56,286 nucleotides of DNA from Candidatus Acidiferrales bacterium (GCA_049678845.1 JBAUEX010000183.1:1-56286); one strand, 5' to 3'; positions 8,863 to 18,540 are shown, numbered from the stretch's first letter. Translations and numbers: made by a program. Notes: generated from the letters alone by a model not told the origin.

Positions 8863-11682
8863 ATGAATGACAGTTTGCGAATGCGATTACCTGCGGGCCT
8901 GCTGGTATTTCTGACGCTGGCAGCGGTGGTCTTTGGCGGCTTGAACTTCCGCCAGCGTTCGCAGTTCGCCATGCCGGATGACGGTGTGGCCTGGTTGGAC
9001 ACACCTTCGGGAGTCCAAGCTTGGCGCATCAAGCCGGATTCCCCTGCTGCCAAAGCTGGAATCCAGCCTGGCGACATTGTTTCGGCGGTGGATGGCGTTC
9101 CCGTGCAGCGCGCCACGCAAGTCACGCAGCAACTTTCGCGTGCCGGTATCTGGTCGAGCGTTCCGTATCGTCTGACTCGCAACAGAGTATCGTTCCAAGC
9201 CAACGTCCTCACCGCGCCCGCGGAAAAGCCCACCTTGATTTGGAACTGCTTTGGCATTTTATCGCTGCTCTATCTTTTCATCGGCTTATTTATTTTCGCC
9301 CGCCGCTGGACTGCGCCGCGAGCCGTCCATTTCTACATCTTCTGCCTCGTGTCTTTCATTTTTTATGCATTCCGTTACAGCGGTAAACTGAACTCATTCG
9401 ACTGGACGATTTATTGGTCGAACGTGGTTGCCTTGCTGCTGCAAGCCGCGCTTCTTGTCCATTTCGCGCTCGTCTTCCCTGAGCGCCGCGTCCGCAACCT
9501 GAAGTTCTGGCTCGTTGCCATCTATGCCGTCCCCGCCGCGCTGCTTTTTCTGCATTGGAGCGTGGCCAACGCGGCGCTCGACTTAATGCCGTCGATTGAA
9601 AGCCGTTTTCGCCTCGATCAAGTTGAGTTCGCCTACTGGGGCGTGTACTTCCTGGCCGCAGGCGTCATTTTCCTTCTCAGTTATCTTCGTGCGCCCACCG
9701 GCTTGCTGCGGCAGCAATTGAAGTGGGTCACCTTTGGCACCTTTGTTGGCGTCGTGCCGTTCCTTGCGTTTTATATTGTTCCTGTCTTCGCGGGCATCAT
9801 CCCCTCGGGATGGATGACCGCGTCGGCGTTTTCTTTAGTCCTTATCCCGTTGTGCTTCGGCTACGCCATCATTCGCTACCGCCTGATGGACGTCGACATT
9901 ATTTTCAAGCGCGGAATCGCCTATACGTTGGCGACCGCTGCCATTGTCGCCGTTTATTTCGCCACCGTGGCCGTCATCGGCCTGCTGTTCCATTCGACAG
10001 GTTCAGCCGGCGCATCTGGCACGGTGGTTGCGATTGTCGTTGCTGCGTTTCTCTTTCAACCGCTGCGCGACTGGATGCAGGCGCGCCTCGATCATTTCTT
10101 CTATCGTGACCGCCTGAATTACCGCCGCACCCTCATCGAATTCGGCCGCACCCTTACAAACGAGGTCCGTATCGAACCGCTTCTTGGCTCCGTTCTGGAC
10201 CGGATTTCGCAAACATTACTTGTCGACCGCCTCGCTGTGTTCCTCGAGAATCCCGAGAACCCGGGGACTTTCCAGTTCTCGCGTTCGCTCGGCCTGCAGG
10301 CGCAATCGCCGCTCGACCTTAGCTTCTTAAATCTTGCGGAGCGTCCGGCGCTCGCGCAGGCCTGCTTGTTCTTTGAATCCGCGCGCGGTTCCGGCGAGAC
10401 GGAATCGGTCCGCCACACACTCGAACAGCTCGGCCTGAATTATTTCATTGCCTGCCGCTTCCGCGATCACGTTGTGGCGGTCCTTGGCCTTGGCAAGACG
10501 GTTGATGGTGACTACCTCACCAGCGAGGACATTGAACTCCTCGACACCATTGCCGGCTACCTCGCCATCGCCATCGAAAATGCGCGTCTCTATAATTCTC
10601 TGGAGCAGAAAGCCCTGCAAATTGAGCGTCTGAAGGAATTTCACGAGAACATCATCGAGTCCTTGAATATCGGCGTGCTTACGGTCGACCTCGAAGATTG
10701 CATCGAGTCGTGGAATCCGCAGATGGAACGCCTCATCGGCATTCCGCGCGAACAAGCTGTGCGTCGCGCTTTGAAGGACGTGCTTCCGGCAGACCTGGTC
10801 GCGGAAATCGCTTCCCATTCCCGCGAAGAGCATGTCGCCAGCATCTACAAATTCCGGCTTTACGGTCCAGGTGCCCAGCGTTTCGTGGTCAATGCGTCCT
10901 TCGCTCCGTTGGTGGGCAAGAACGGGCAACGCCTCGGCCGCTTGATTCTTCTCGATGACATTACGCAACGCGTTCGGCTCGAAGAGCAGATGGTCCAGAA
11001 CGAGAAGTTGACATCGCTCGGCCTGCTCGCCGCTGGCGTCGCTCACGAAGTCAACACGCCCCTCGCCGTTATTTCGAATTACATTCAGATGCTCGGCAAA
11101 CAGATACCACCGGAGGACACGCGCCAGAAGACGATTGATAAGATCATCAAGCAAACCTTCCGGGCGAGCGAAATCGTCAACAATCTGCTGAATTTCTCGC
11201 GCACAGGTGGAGCGGAGTTCGTCGAGGTCGACCTGAATTCGGTTCTGGATGAAACCTTAAGCCTGGTTCAGCATCCATTCAAGGCAGCGCGAGTCAATGT
11301 GATACGCAACTTCACTGACACATTGCCCGTCGTTTTGGGCTCGACCACCCGCTTGCAACAAGTGTTCCTGAACCTGTTCATGAATGCCCGCGATGCTATG
11401 CCGAACGGCGGAATGCTCGAAGTCCGTACAGCAGCCTACAATGGTTCGGTGGAAGTCGAAGTCACCGACACCGGCATCGGCATTCGCCCCGAGAATATCC
11501 ATCGCGTCTTTGATCCCTTTTTCACCACAAAGGCTTCCGGACGCGGCACCGGCCTCGGGCTCTCCGTCAGCTATGGAATTGTAAAAGAGCACGCGGGCAA
11601 GCTAGAAGTCCGCTCCACCGCGGAAAAGGGCACGTCGTTCCGCCTCGAATTCCCCGTAGCAAGGAAAGCTGTCCATGCCTAA
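8863..11682 (+). CDS. multi-domain sensor histidine kinase (TM-PDZ-polytopic membrane domain-GAF-PAS-HisKA-HATPase)
   Basis: PDZ-like segment (AAKAGIQPGDIVSAVDGVPV) after TM1, then about 8-9 hydrophobic helices. H-box GVAHEVNTPL, N-box NLFMNARDAM, G-boxes DTGIGI and GTGLGLS. Confidence 0.85.
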   Translation: MNDSLRMRLPAGLLVFLTLAAVVFGGLNFRQRSQFAMPDDGVAWLDTPSGVQAWRIKPDSPAAKAGIQPGDIVSAVDGVPVQRATQVTQQLSRAGIWSSVPYRLTRNRVSFQANVLTAPAEKPTLIWNCFGILSLLYLFIGLFIFARRWTAPRAVHFYIFCLVSFIFYAFRYSGKLNSFDWTIYWSNVVALLLQAALLVHFALVFPERRVRNLKFWLVAIYAVPAALLFLHWSVANAALDLMPSIESRFRLDQVEFAYWGVYFLAAGVIFLLSYLRAPTGLLRQQLKWVTFGTFVGVVPFLAFYIVPVFAGIIPSGWMTASAFSLVLIPLCFGYAIIRYRLMDVDIIFKRGIAYTLATAAIVAVYFATVAVIGLLFHSTGSAGASGTVVAIVVAAFLFQPLRDWMQARLDHFFYRDRLNYRRTLIEFGRTLTNEVRIEPLLGSVLDRISQTLLVDRLAVFLENPENPGTFQFSRSLGLQAQSPLDLSFLNLAERPALAQACLFFESARGSGETESVRHTLEQLGLNYFIACRFRDHVVAVLGLGKTVDGDYLTSEDIELLDTIAGYLAIAIENARLYNSLEQKALQIERLKEFHENIIESLNIGVLTVDLEDCIESWNPQMERLIGIPREQAVRRALKDVLPADLVAEIASHSREEHVASIYKFRLYGPGAQRFVVNASFAPLVGKNGQRLGRLILLDDITQRVRLEEQMVQNEKLTSLGLLAAGVAHEVNTPLAVISNYIQMLGKQIPPEDTRQKTIDKIIKQTFRASEIVNNLLNFSRTGGAEFVEVDLNSVLDETLSLVQHPFKAARVNVIRNFTDTLPVVLGSTTRLQQVFLNLFMNARDAMPNGGMLEVRTAAYNGSVEVEVTDTGIGIRPENIHRVFDPFFTTKASGRGTGLGLSVSYGIVKEHAGKLEVRSTAEKGTSFRLEFPVARKAVHA

Positions 11683-13165
11683 AGGCTCGATCCTGGTCAT
11701 CGACGACGAAGTGGAAATCCGCGAAGGTTTGCAGGCTCTGCTTTCCTCGGAAGGTTATGCCGTCACCGAAGCGGAGAGCGGCGAGGCGGGCCTGGCTCGA
11801 TTGGGGGATCAGCCTTTCGACCTACTGCTACTCGATGTCAGTCTACCCGATCGCAACGGCATCGAGTTGCTGCGCGAAATTCATCGTCGCGATCCCCAGC
11901 TTTCCATCATTCTCATCACCGCTTATGGCTCGATCGACATGGCTCGCGCGGCGTTCAAAAATGGCGCGCAAGATTACATCACCAAGCCATGGTCCAATGA
12001 CGAACTTCTCTCCCAGGTCGCGCTCGCTATCGAAGGCAGCCGGCTGCGGGAAGAAAACGTGCAACTCAAACGCGCCCTCAAAGAGCGCTACAATTTTCCC
12101 AACATCGTAGGCAAGAGCGAAAAAATGCTCGCCGTTCTTGACCTTGTGGCGCAAGTAGGCCCTTCGCGCTCCACCATTCTGATCGCAGGTGAGAGCGGCA
12201 CCGGAAAGGAAGTCATCGCCAAGGCCATTCATGCTGCTTCCCCGCGCGCGGAAAAGCCGTTTATCGCCGTAAATACCGGGTCGATCCCGGTTGACCTCCT
12301 CGAGTCCCAGCTTTTCGGCCATGTGAGAGGCGCCTTCACCAGCGCAGTCGTCTCCAAGAAAGGCCTTTTCGAAGTTGCTGACCAGGGCACGATTTTTTTC
12401 GACGAGATCAGCACCATCAGCCCGGAAACGCAGGCGAAGCTCCTGCGCGTGATTCAGGAGCGGGAATTCATGCGCCTGGGCGGCACGGACACGATTAAAG
12501 TCGACGTACGCATCATTGCCGCATCAAACGAGGATCTGATGTCCCTGGTCCACGCAGGGCGCTTCCGCGAGGATTTGTACCATCGTTTGAACGTGATCAA
12601 TATCGCGCTCCCGCCGCTGCGCGACCGCCGGGAAGACATCCCGCTCCTGGTTGAGCGTTTCCTCGGGCGTTTCTCAAAGGACAATGACAAGCCGATGCGC
12701 TATTTTTCGCTTCCCGCGATGCGCGTCTTGATGGATTACGACTGGCCCGGAAACGTGCGCGAGCTTGAAAACGTGGTCGAACGCGCTATCGTCCTCTCCA
12801 ATGGAGATTCGATGGACGTGGAACTGCTCCCGGAAACTGTTCGCAGTCGCGAAATCGTCCGCGGCGTGCATCTCCACCTTGCCGAATTTCTGCCGCCCAT
12901 GCCGGGCGAGGCGGGTTCGCGTTCGAATACGCGCTCGCTTTTTGAAATTATGGAGGAAGTCGAGCGCCGCATCATCATCGACATGCTCGAGCACTCGAAT
13001 TGGAACCAGACAGAAGCGGCCGAACGCTTCCAGATTCCGCTGTCCACCCTCAACCAGAAGATCAAGCGCCTCGGCATCGAAACCCGCCGCCGCAGTCCGG
13101 CGATTCGCGGCGCCGCTGCGGGCGCGGAATACCCCGACACCGCCAGTTACATCGCGCCGAAATAA
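11675..13165 (+). CDS. sigma-54-dependent response regulator (NtrC family)
   Basis: REC domain (LLLDVSLPD), AAA+ domain with GESGTGKE and a GAFTSA loop, and a C-terminal Fis-type HTH (NQTEAAERFQIPLSTLNQKIKRLGI). It overlaps the kinase stop by 8 nt. Confidence 0.9.
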   Translation: MPKGSILVIDDEVEIREGLQALLSSEGYAVTEAESGEAGLARLGDQPFDLLLLDVSLPDRNGIELLREIHRRDPQLSIILITAYGSIDMARAAFKNGAQDYITKPWSNDELLSQVALAIEGSRLREENVQLKRALKERYNFPNIVGKSEKMLAVLDLVAQVGPSRSTILIAGESGTGKEVIAKAIHAASPRAEKPFIAVNTGSIPVDLLESQLFGHVRGAFTSAVVSKKGLFEVADQGTIFFDEISTISPETQAKLLRVIQEREFMRLGGTDTIKVDVRIIAASNEDLMSLVHAGRFREDLYHRLNVINIALPPLRDRREDIPLLVERFLGRFSKDNDKPMRYFSLPAMRVLMDYDWPGNVRELENVVERAIVLSNGDSMDVELLPETVRSREIVRGVHLHLAEFLPPMPGEAGSRSNTRSLFEIMEEVERRIIIDMLEHSNWNQTEAAERFQIPLSTLNQKIKRLGIETRRRSPAIRGAAAGAEYPDTASYIAPK

Positions 13166-13277
13166 ATTTGCATTCTGCCGAGTCGCAAGGATGATGAGTG
13201 CTTAACGAAATCCCCGAGTTGTTTCCAGATTCTCAAAACAAATCCACGGAAATAAATGCTTGGAAGAAGGCTCGCCG

Positions 13278-13808
13278 CTACTTTTTGCTTTCCTCGGCTT
13301 TCCAGCCGCGCGGCATCAGGGTAGTGGTCAGATCCAATCCCGACAAATCAACCCCATCCAACTCCGTTTCGCGCAGGATGGTCGTGGTCACGTCAGCGCC
13401 GTGCAAATCCGCGCCGCGCATGTTTGTATTGCGAAAATTCGCCGCGCGCAAATTGGCGCCTCGCAAATTCGCGTTGCTCAAATCCGCCCGGAAGCACTCG
13501 ACGCCACCCAATTGCGCTTCGCGCAAATCGGCGCCCGCCAAAATCGTTTCCGTCAGGTCGGCACGGCGCAAATCGGCGCACCTCATTTTCGCGCCGCTGA
13601 AATCGGCGCCTCCGAGTCGCGCCTCGCCCAGGTCCGCCCCTTCGAGATTCGCCTCGCGCAGCAATGCGTACGAAAGATTCGCGCCGTGCAAGTTCACACC
13701 CCCAAGCTTTGCACCCGTTAAATCCGCGCGCACTCCGTTCGCATGGCCCTTCGTGAATTGCACGTGCGCTTCCAAAATATCTTCAAGCCGTTTCCCATTG
13801 TGTTTCAT
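13278..13808 (-). CDS. pentapeptide repeat protein
   Basis: Continuous A(D/N)LxG-type pentads (ADLTGAKLGGVNLHGANLSYALLREANLEGADLGEARLGGADFSGAKM...). Confidence 0.85.
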   Translation of the reverse strand: MKHNGKRLEDILEAHVQFTKGHANGVRADLTGAKLGGVNLHGANLSYALLREANLEGADLGEARLGGADFSGAKMRCADLRRADLTETILAGADLREAQLGGVECFRADLSNANLRGANLRAANFRNTNMRGADLHGADVTTTILRETELDGVDLSGLDLTTTLMPRGWKAEESKK

Positions 13809-14019
13809 AATTGCCGAAACCCCTCATCTGATTCTACTCAAAACTCGCGGGCCGGGATAATCTCTTATCCGCCGGTTGCTATGCAGCACGCCGAAGGAAA
13901 TTCCAGACTCCCTCTAACCTCCCCTATGGTAACTTGAATCAGCGCTTCTATCTTTCTTAGCCGGCTTCCGGGACATACCCGTGGCATCGACTTCGATTTC
14001 ACGCGCATCTCACCACCCA

Positions 14020-15078
14020 ATGCTGCGCCGCCGAACTGACCTTTATCGACTATGCCGATTTGCCCTTTCTCTCATCGCTCTAACCACTGCCGCGTCGGCA
14101 TTCCCTCGACATTCCTTCGCGCAAAATCCCGACCAGGAGAGCGCCGAGGAAATCGTAGCCAACCTCTGCGCCGGTCGCGTCGTAATAGGCGTTGCCAAGG
14201 ATGGCATCGTTGTGGCGACAGCCGAAAATCCCATCGAACCCGAAACCCGTCCTCCGATGGTTGTTCCGCTCTCTGATGAGCGCGTGGCAATTCTCCTGGG
14301 CGCGGCCGATTGGTGGTTACCGAGCGAACACCGCGAACTCGCGCGCATCGACAGCGAATTGCCGGAGCTGCCGCCACCCGCTGGCCTGCGCAAGTCCCCT
14401 ACGTTGGGCGGGACTGCCGGAGAAGCCGGCGCCGAAGCAAGTGATATCGAGCAGGTCGCCAGCCGTCTGCACGACCGCCTTACAGCAATCGCCGATCATA
14501 TACACAGCAATCTGAATTTCGCTCCTAACGAGCCCCTCCTCGAAATGATCCTTGTGGATTATGTCCAGAATTACGGGGCGGAAGTTTGGGTGGTTCAATA
14601 TCCGATTGAGCAGGAGCCCGAGCAAGGAGATTTCTGGCAAACCACCGTTCTGCAACCGCAGTACACGCAACTTTGGCCGCCCGAGAAAGCTCAGCCGCGT
14701 GGCCTTGTCGAAATCAGCTATCCACCGGAACCAGCCGGCGCTAATGTTTCCGCCCTGGTTGCATCGGGAGACCCACGCATCGCCGCCGCTCTCTCGGCTT
14801 CACCCGGGCTGCGCGAAACTGCCAATTCCTTGTTGCATGGCGATATCGAGAAATTATCCGCGGTCAGCGTCGCGGCATTCCTGCGTGCGTCTCTTCGCGC
14901 TATTGCGCACCCGGGTGCGCGAATGATGGAAGCGGAAATTAATAAAGAGCGAGGCATCGGCTGGTTCATCGCGCCGCCTGAGGAAGCTCCCAAACCGGGC
15001 AGCGAACAACTCCGTCCGTCGGGCGCTCCAAGCCTGCGCCGTCCCCCAGGCAAGCCTTTCGGTCCGGGCCAGTTCTAG
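14020..15078 (+). CDS. hypothetical secreted protein, Pro-rich C-terminus
   Basis: The track start is GTG 13981. ATG 14020 gives MLRRRTDLYRLCRFALSLIALTTAASA, which is signal-like. No family recognised. Confidence 0.5.
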   Translation: MLRRRTDLYRLCRFALSLIALTTAASAFPRHSFAQNPDQESAEEIVANLCAGRVVIGVAKDGIVVATAENPIEPETRPPMVVPLSDERVAILLGAADWWLPSEHRELARIDSELPELPPPAGLRKSPTLGGTAGEAGAEASDIEQVASRLHDRLTAIADHIHSNLNFAPNEPLLEMILVDYVQNYGAEVWVVQYPIEQEPEQGDFWQTTVLQPQYTQLWPPEKAQPRGLVEISYPPEPAGANVSALVASGDPRIAAALSASPGLRETANSLLHGDIEKLSAVSVAAFLRASLRAIAHPGARMMEAEINKERGIGWFIAPPEEAPKPGSEQLRPSGAPSLRRPPGKPFGPGQF

Positions 15079-15095
15079 AACTTATTCTGGCCGTC

Positions 15096-15626
15096 TTACC
15101 TTCCTTTCTCTCCTGCCAATTCTCGCTTCAGTCGCGCGCCTTTTTCCGCAACACCTGCGGCTAATTCTTTTTTGTATTCCGCTATGGCGCGCGAGATCTG
15201 CGCGTCAGACACGCCGAGAATCTGCGCCGCGAAAATGCCGGCATTCGTCGCCCCCGGCTTCCCGATCGCCATCGTCGCCACAGGAACACCGCCCGGCATT
15301 TGCACGGTCGCCAGTAGAGAATCCATGCCGTTCAGCGAGGTCGCCGCCATCGGCACTCCAATCACGGGTAGTGTTGTCAGCGCCGCCACCACTCCTGCGA
15401 GATGCGCCGCGCCTCCTGCGCCCACGATGATTGCCTTTAACCCCCGTTTCGCTGCCGTCTCGGCGTATTCTGTAGCACGCGCCGGCGAACGGTGCGCCGA
15501 CACTACCTCAACCTCAAATCCGATTCCGAATTTCGCGAGCATCCGTCCAGCCTCCGCCATCGCCGGATAATCCGAATCCGAGCCCATGATCACGCCGACT
15601 AGCGCCTTCTTCGTATCTGCCACCAC
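15096..15626 (-). CDS. purE: 5-(carboxyamino)imidazole ribonucleotide mutase
   Basis: GSDSDYP...VVSAHRSP...IIVGAGGAAHLAGVVAALTTLPVIGVP is typical of class I PurE. Confidence 0.9.
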   Translation of the reverse strand: MVADTKKALVGVIMGSDSDYPAMAEAGRMLAKFGIGFEVEVVSAHRSPARATEYAETAAKRGLKAIIVGAGGAAHLAGVVAALTTLPVIGVPMAATSLNGMDSLLATVQMPGGVPVATMAIGKPGATNAGIFAAQILGVSDAQISRAIAEYKKELAAGVAEKGARLKRELAGEKGR

Positions 15627-15708
15627 TCACACTCCTTCTGATTACGAATTGACTTCAAAACAGGCGATTTCCCAAACGCGATTGGTCAGGTTCATCCCCG
15701 AAGACAGT

Positions 15709-16995
15709 CTATGACTGCGCAACTCGATTAGCCGCGTTCGCTGCTTCCTTCCCAATGTCCTTTCGATAATGCATTCCTTCAAAAGAAATCTGCTTTGCTG
15801 CCTCATAAACCCTCGCACGCGCCTCCGCGATGCTGTTGGCAGCTGCGGCAATATTCAATACCCTACCACTACTTGTGTAGTATTCATGCCGCTCCTTTTT
15901 TGTCCCGCCGTGGAATATGGCGCACTCTGTCGCCTTGTCGAGACCGCCAATCGATTCCCCAACCTTAGGCGCTCCAGGGTAGCCGGCTGCCGCTAACACT
16001 AACGATAAACTAACCTTTGGTGCCCAATCAAGCGCTGCGCTTCCCAGATTTCCGCCGACCGCCGCCGTAAGCAGGGCGGCCAAGTCGAAATTCATCCGCA
16101 TCACCAGTGCCTCTGTTTCCGGATCCCCCAACCGGCAGTTAAATTCAAGCACCTTTGGACCTGCCGAAGTCATCATCAGCCCAAAATACAGAAACCCTTT
16201 ATACTCTCTGCCATCGCGGGCCATCCCTGCGATAGTCGGCCGGACGACCTTTTCCTGAATGCCTTTTTCGACGTCTGCCGAAAGCAAATCGTCTCTTGAA
16301 ATCGCCCCCATCCCCCCTGTATTCGGCCCCCTGTCGCCGTCAAAAGCACGCTTATAATCGCGCGACGCGGCCAATGGAACAAATCTCTCGCCGTCCGTGA
16401 GCACCATGTACGATATTTCTGGGCCGGAAAGGCCTTCTTCGACGATCACGCGCCCGCCGGCATCGCCGAACTCCTTTTTTTCCATCAGCCGCTCAATAAA
16501 CGCTGTCGCCTCATCCGGCGAAGACGTGACAAGCACGCCTTTTCCCCCGCACAATCCATCGGCCTTCACCACGACCGGCCAGTCCACCTCACACAGCGAG
16601 GTGTATACGTCCACGGCGGAATCAAATATGCCGTAGGTTGACGCGGTCGGAATGCCATGCCTCTCCATAAATTCCTTCGCGAAGACTTTGCTACCTTCGA
16701 GCTGTGCAGCTACCCGGGAAGGGCCAACAATCGGCAGGCCCCGTATTGCAAATTCGTCGGCAATTCCGAGCACCAGAGCCTGCTCCGGCCCGACTATCGT
16801 CAAATCTGGGCTTAACTTTTCCGCAATTTCCGCAATGCCGGAGACATCGCCCGCACTTGCGGCGACGCACTCCGCGATCTGCGCGATCCCGTCGTTCCCT
16901 GGGGCGCACCAGATGTGCTCCACCAGAGAGCTTTGCCTCAATTTCCACACAAGCGCGTGTTCGCGCGCGCCGCTGCCGATGACAAGAATTTCCAT
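15709..16995 (-). CDS. purD: phosphoribosylamine--glycine ligase
   Basis: Starts MEILVIGSGAREHALVWKL at ATG 16995 (the track extends to 17043). ATP-grasp motifs run throughout. Confidence 0.9.
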   Translation of the reverse strand: MEILVIGSGAREHALVWKLRQSSLVEHIWCAPGNDGIAQIAECVAASAGDVSGIAEIAEKLSPDLTIVGPEQALVLGIADEFAIRGLPIVGPSRVAAQLEGSKVFAKEFMERHGIPTASTYGIFDSAVDVYTSLCEVDWPVVVKADGLCGGKGVLVTSSPDEATAFIERLMEKKEFGDAGGRVIVEEGLSGPEISYMVLTDGERFVPLAASRDYKRAFDGDRGPNTGGMGAISRDDLLSADVEKGIQEKVVRPTIAGMARDGREYKGFLYFGLMMTSAGPKVLEFNCRLGDPETEALVMRMNFDLAALLTAAVGGNLGSAALDWAPKVSLSLVLAAAGYPGAPKVGESIGGLDKATECAIFHGGTKKERHEYYTSSGRVLNIAAAANSIAEARARVYEAAKQISFEGMHYRKDIGKEAANAANRVAQS

Positions 16996-17085
16996 ATGCG
17001 TGAGCTCGGCAAGCACGATAAAACGGGCGTCGCAGAGTGTCAACCATCGCGTTTATATTTTTCGTATCGGAAAAAGCACGGCATA

Positions 17086-17877
17086 ATGCATTCCGCCAAC
17101 ATGCACTGGGACTACATTCTTATTCTCGCAATCCTCGCTCTTATCGTTCCTTGGCGAAGTGTCTCGCGCATTCGGGATTTGCTGGCGGGTCCAGAGTTAG
17201 AGTCATCGGAACGAATCCTGCTTTATCTGTCGACGATTGCCTTCCAGTGGACCGCCGCCGCAGTCATTCTGTGGCGCTGCCTGACGCATCAACTCTCTTG
17301 GGCTGCCCTTGGAGTGGGTCTGCCGCACCCGCTTCGCTCCCTGGCTGTTGCAGCTGGCTTGTCAACCATTCTGGTACTCAATCAGGTCTATGCCATCCGT
17401 CGCGTCGCGGCGCTCCCCTACGAAAGTCGAGGCATTGTACCCAAGCTTGCAGAAAAGCTGCTCCCCAGGACCTCAAGCGAGGCCTTTGCGGGATTACTGC
17501 TTGTCGTTACAGTCGCGTTTTGCGAGGAATTTATCTATCGCGGCTTTGTCGAGGCTCTGTTTGCGGGCGTGTTTTCCGGCTCCGCTTTGGCCGGAGCGGT
17601 TATATCTGCCGCATTTTTCTCATCGGCCCATATGTATCAAGGTCGCAAAGGGCTAATTACGACATTCGCCGTGGGTCTTATGTTTTCCGCCGCCAGAATA
17701 TGGACCGGAAGCCTATTGCCGTCAATAATTATCCATTTTGCGGTTGATTTTTCGGTCGCGCTTGTGGCGCTGAAGGCTCTGCCACTTCGACGAGATCCCA
17801 TCGCTCTTTACGTTTTGCGCTTCTCTCCGTGGAGCAAATACTTCGTAAGATCTCGCGTGCGAACAGGTGTTCATTGA
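17086..17877 (+). CDS. CPBP family intramembrane glutamic endopeptidase (CAAX protease-like)
   Basis: Motifs EEFIYRGF, FSSAHMYQG and IIHFAVDF in a polytopic protein. ATG 17086 is chosen because the track start at 16915 lies inside purD on the opposite strand. Confidence 0.8.
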   Translation: MHSANMHWDYILILAILALIVPWRSVSRIRDLLAGPELESSERILLYLSTIAFQWTAAAVILWRCLTHQLSWAALGVGLPHPLRSLAVAAGLSTILVLNQVYAIRRVAALPYESRGIVPKLAEKLLPRTSSEAFAGLLLVVTVAFCEEFIYRGFVEALFAGVFSGSALAGAVISAAFFSSAHMYQGRKGLITTFAVGLMFSAARIWTGSLLPSIIIHFAVDFSVALVALKALPLRRDPIALYVLRFSPWSKYFVRSRVRTGVH

Positions 17878-18503
17878 CACTTCCGGCATCTGTCATCCAG
17901 ACGCTTCTCGAACCGTATTACCACGCCGTGGAATTGGAACTTTGCGACAAAATACAGCTGTATATGGACTTACTAGCAATCTGGCGAAGAAAAATCTCTT
18001 TAACGACGATTTCAAGCGAAGAGGACGCCATTCGGTTTCATTTCGGCGAGAGCATTTTCGCATTGTCTTTGGAGGATTTTGAACATGGTCGACTCGCCGA
18101 CGTTGGCTCGGGTGCCGGTTTTCCTGGTTTAGCGATCAAGCTTCTACGGCCGAGTTTGAGAGTAACTTTGCTCGAACCGAACAAGAAGAAATGCGCTTTT
18201 CTGAATGAAGTCACTCGAAAGCTGGAGCTTGGTGAGGTCGATATCCTCTCCGCTAGATTTGAGTCTTCAGGAATTCAGCCGGGGCAGATCAAATTTGTGA
18301 CCTCTCGCGCTTTGGGAAGAATAGACGCTCTCTTGTCATGGTTACGGACCACGCTATCCAGCGATGGGCGCGCTATTCTCTGGTTGGGCGCACAAGACGC
18401 CGAGCAGACAATGAGAATTCCCGACTGGCGGTGGGTCCGACGCTCGATTCCAGGAACAGAAAGACGACAGATCTTAGCCGGAAGCCCAAGTGTCGAACGC
18501 TGA
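17829..18503 (+). CDS. rsmG: 16S rRNA (guanine527-N7)-methyltransferase
   Basis: SAM motif DVGSGAGFPGLAIKL and GidB-like N-terminus (YMDLLAIWRRKISLTTI). GTG 17829 overlaps the CPBP gene by 49 nt. In-frame GTG 17928 is an alternative start. Confidence 0.8.
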   Translation: MEQILRKISRANRCSLTLPASVIQTLLEPYYHAVELELCDKIQLYMDLLAIWRRKISLTTISSEEDAIRFHFGESIFALSLEDFEHGRLADVGSGAGFPGLAIKLLRPSLRVTLLEPNKKKCAFLNEVTRKLELGEVDILSARFESSGIQPGQIKFVTSRALGRIDALLSWLRTTLSSDGRAILWLGAQDAEQTMRIPDWRWVRRSIPGTERRQILAGSPSVER

Positions 18504-18524
18504 GGGGCGTTTGATGATGTGATT

Positions 18525-18540
18525 TGTTTCACGTGGAACA
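18525..18540. promoter_or_regulatory. parS site 1
   Basis: TGTTTCACGTGGAACA is the exact reverse complement of site 2. Confidence 0.8.

Noticed and set aside
9735-9750. TGGCACCTTTGTTGGC inside the kinase gene, as another sigma-54 element.
   Set aside because: The -12 position reads GG rather than GC at the required spacing, so it does not fit the GG-N10-GC rule.
13198-13860. Long plus-strand ORFs (220 aa, 153 aa) covering the same interval as the pentapeptide repeat gene, with repetitive SAP/KSA/RKF-type sequence.
   Set aside because: They are antisense or shifted readings of a perfectly regular pentapeptide-repeat gene on the minus strand. Their low-complexity composition is what such a repeat yields in other frames.
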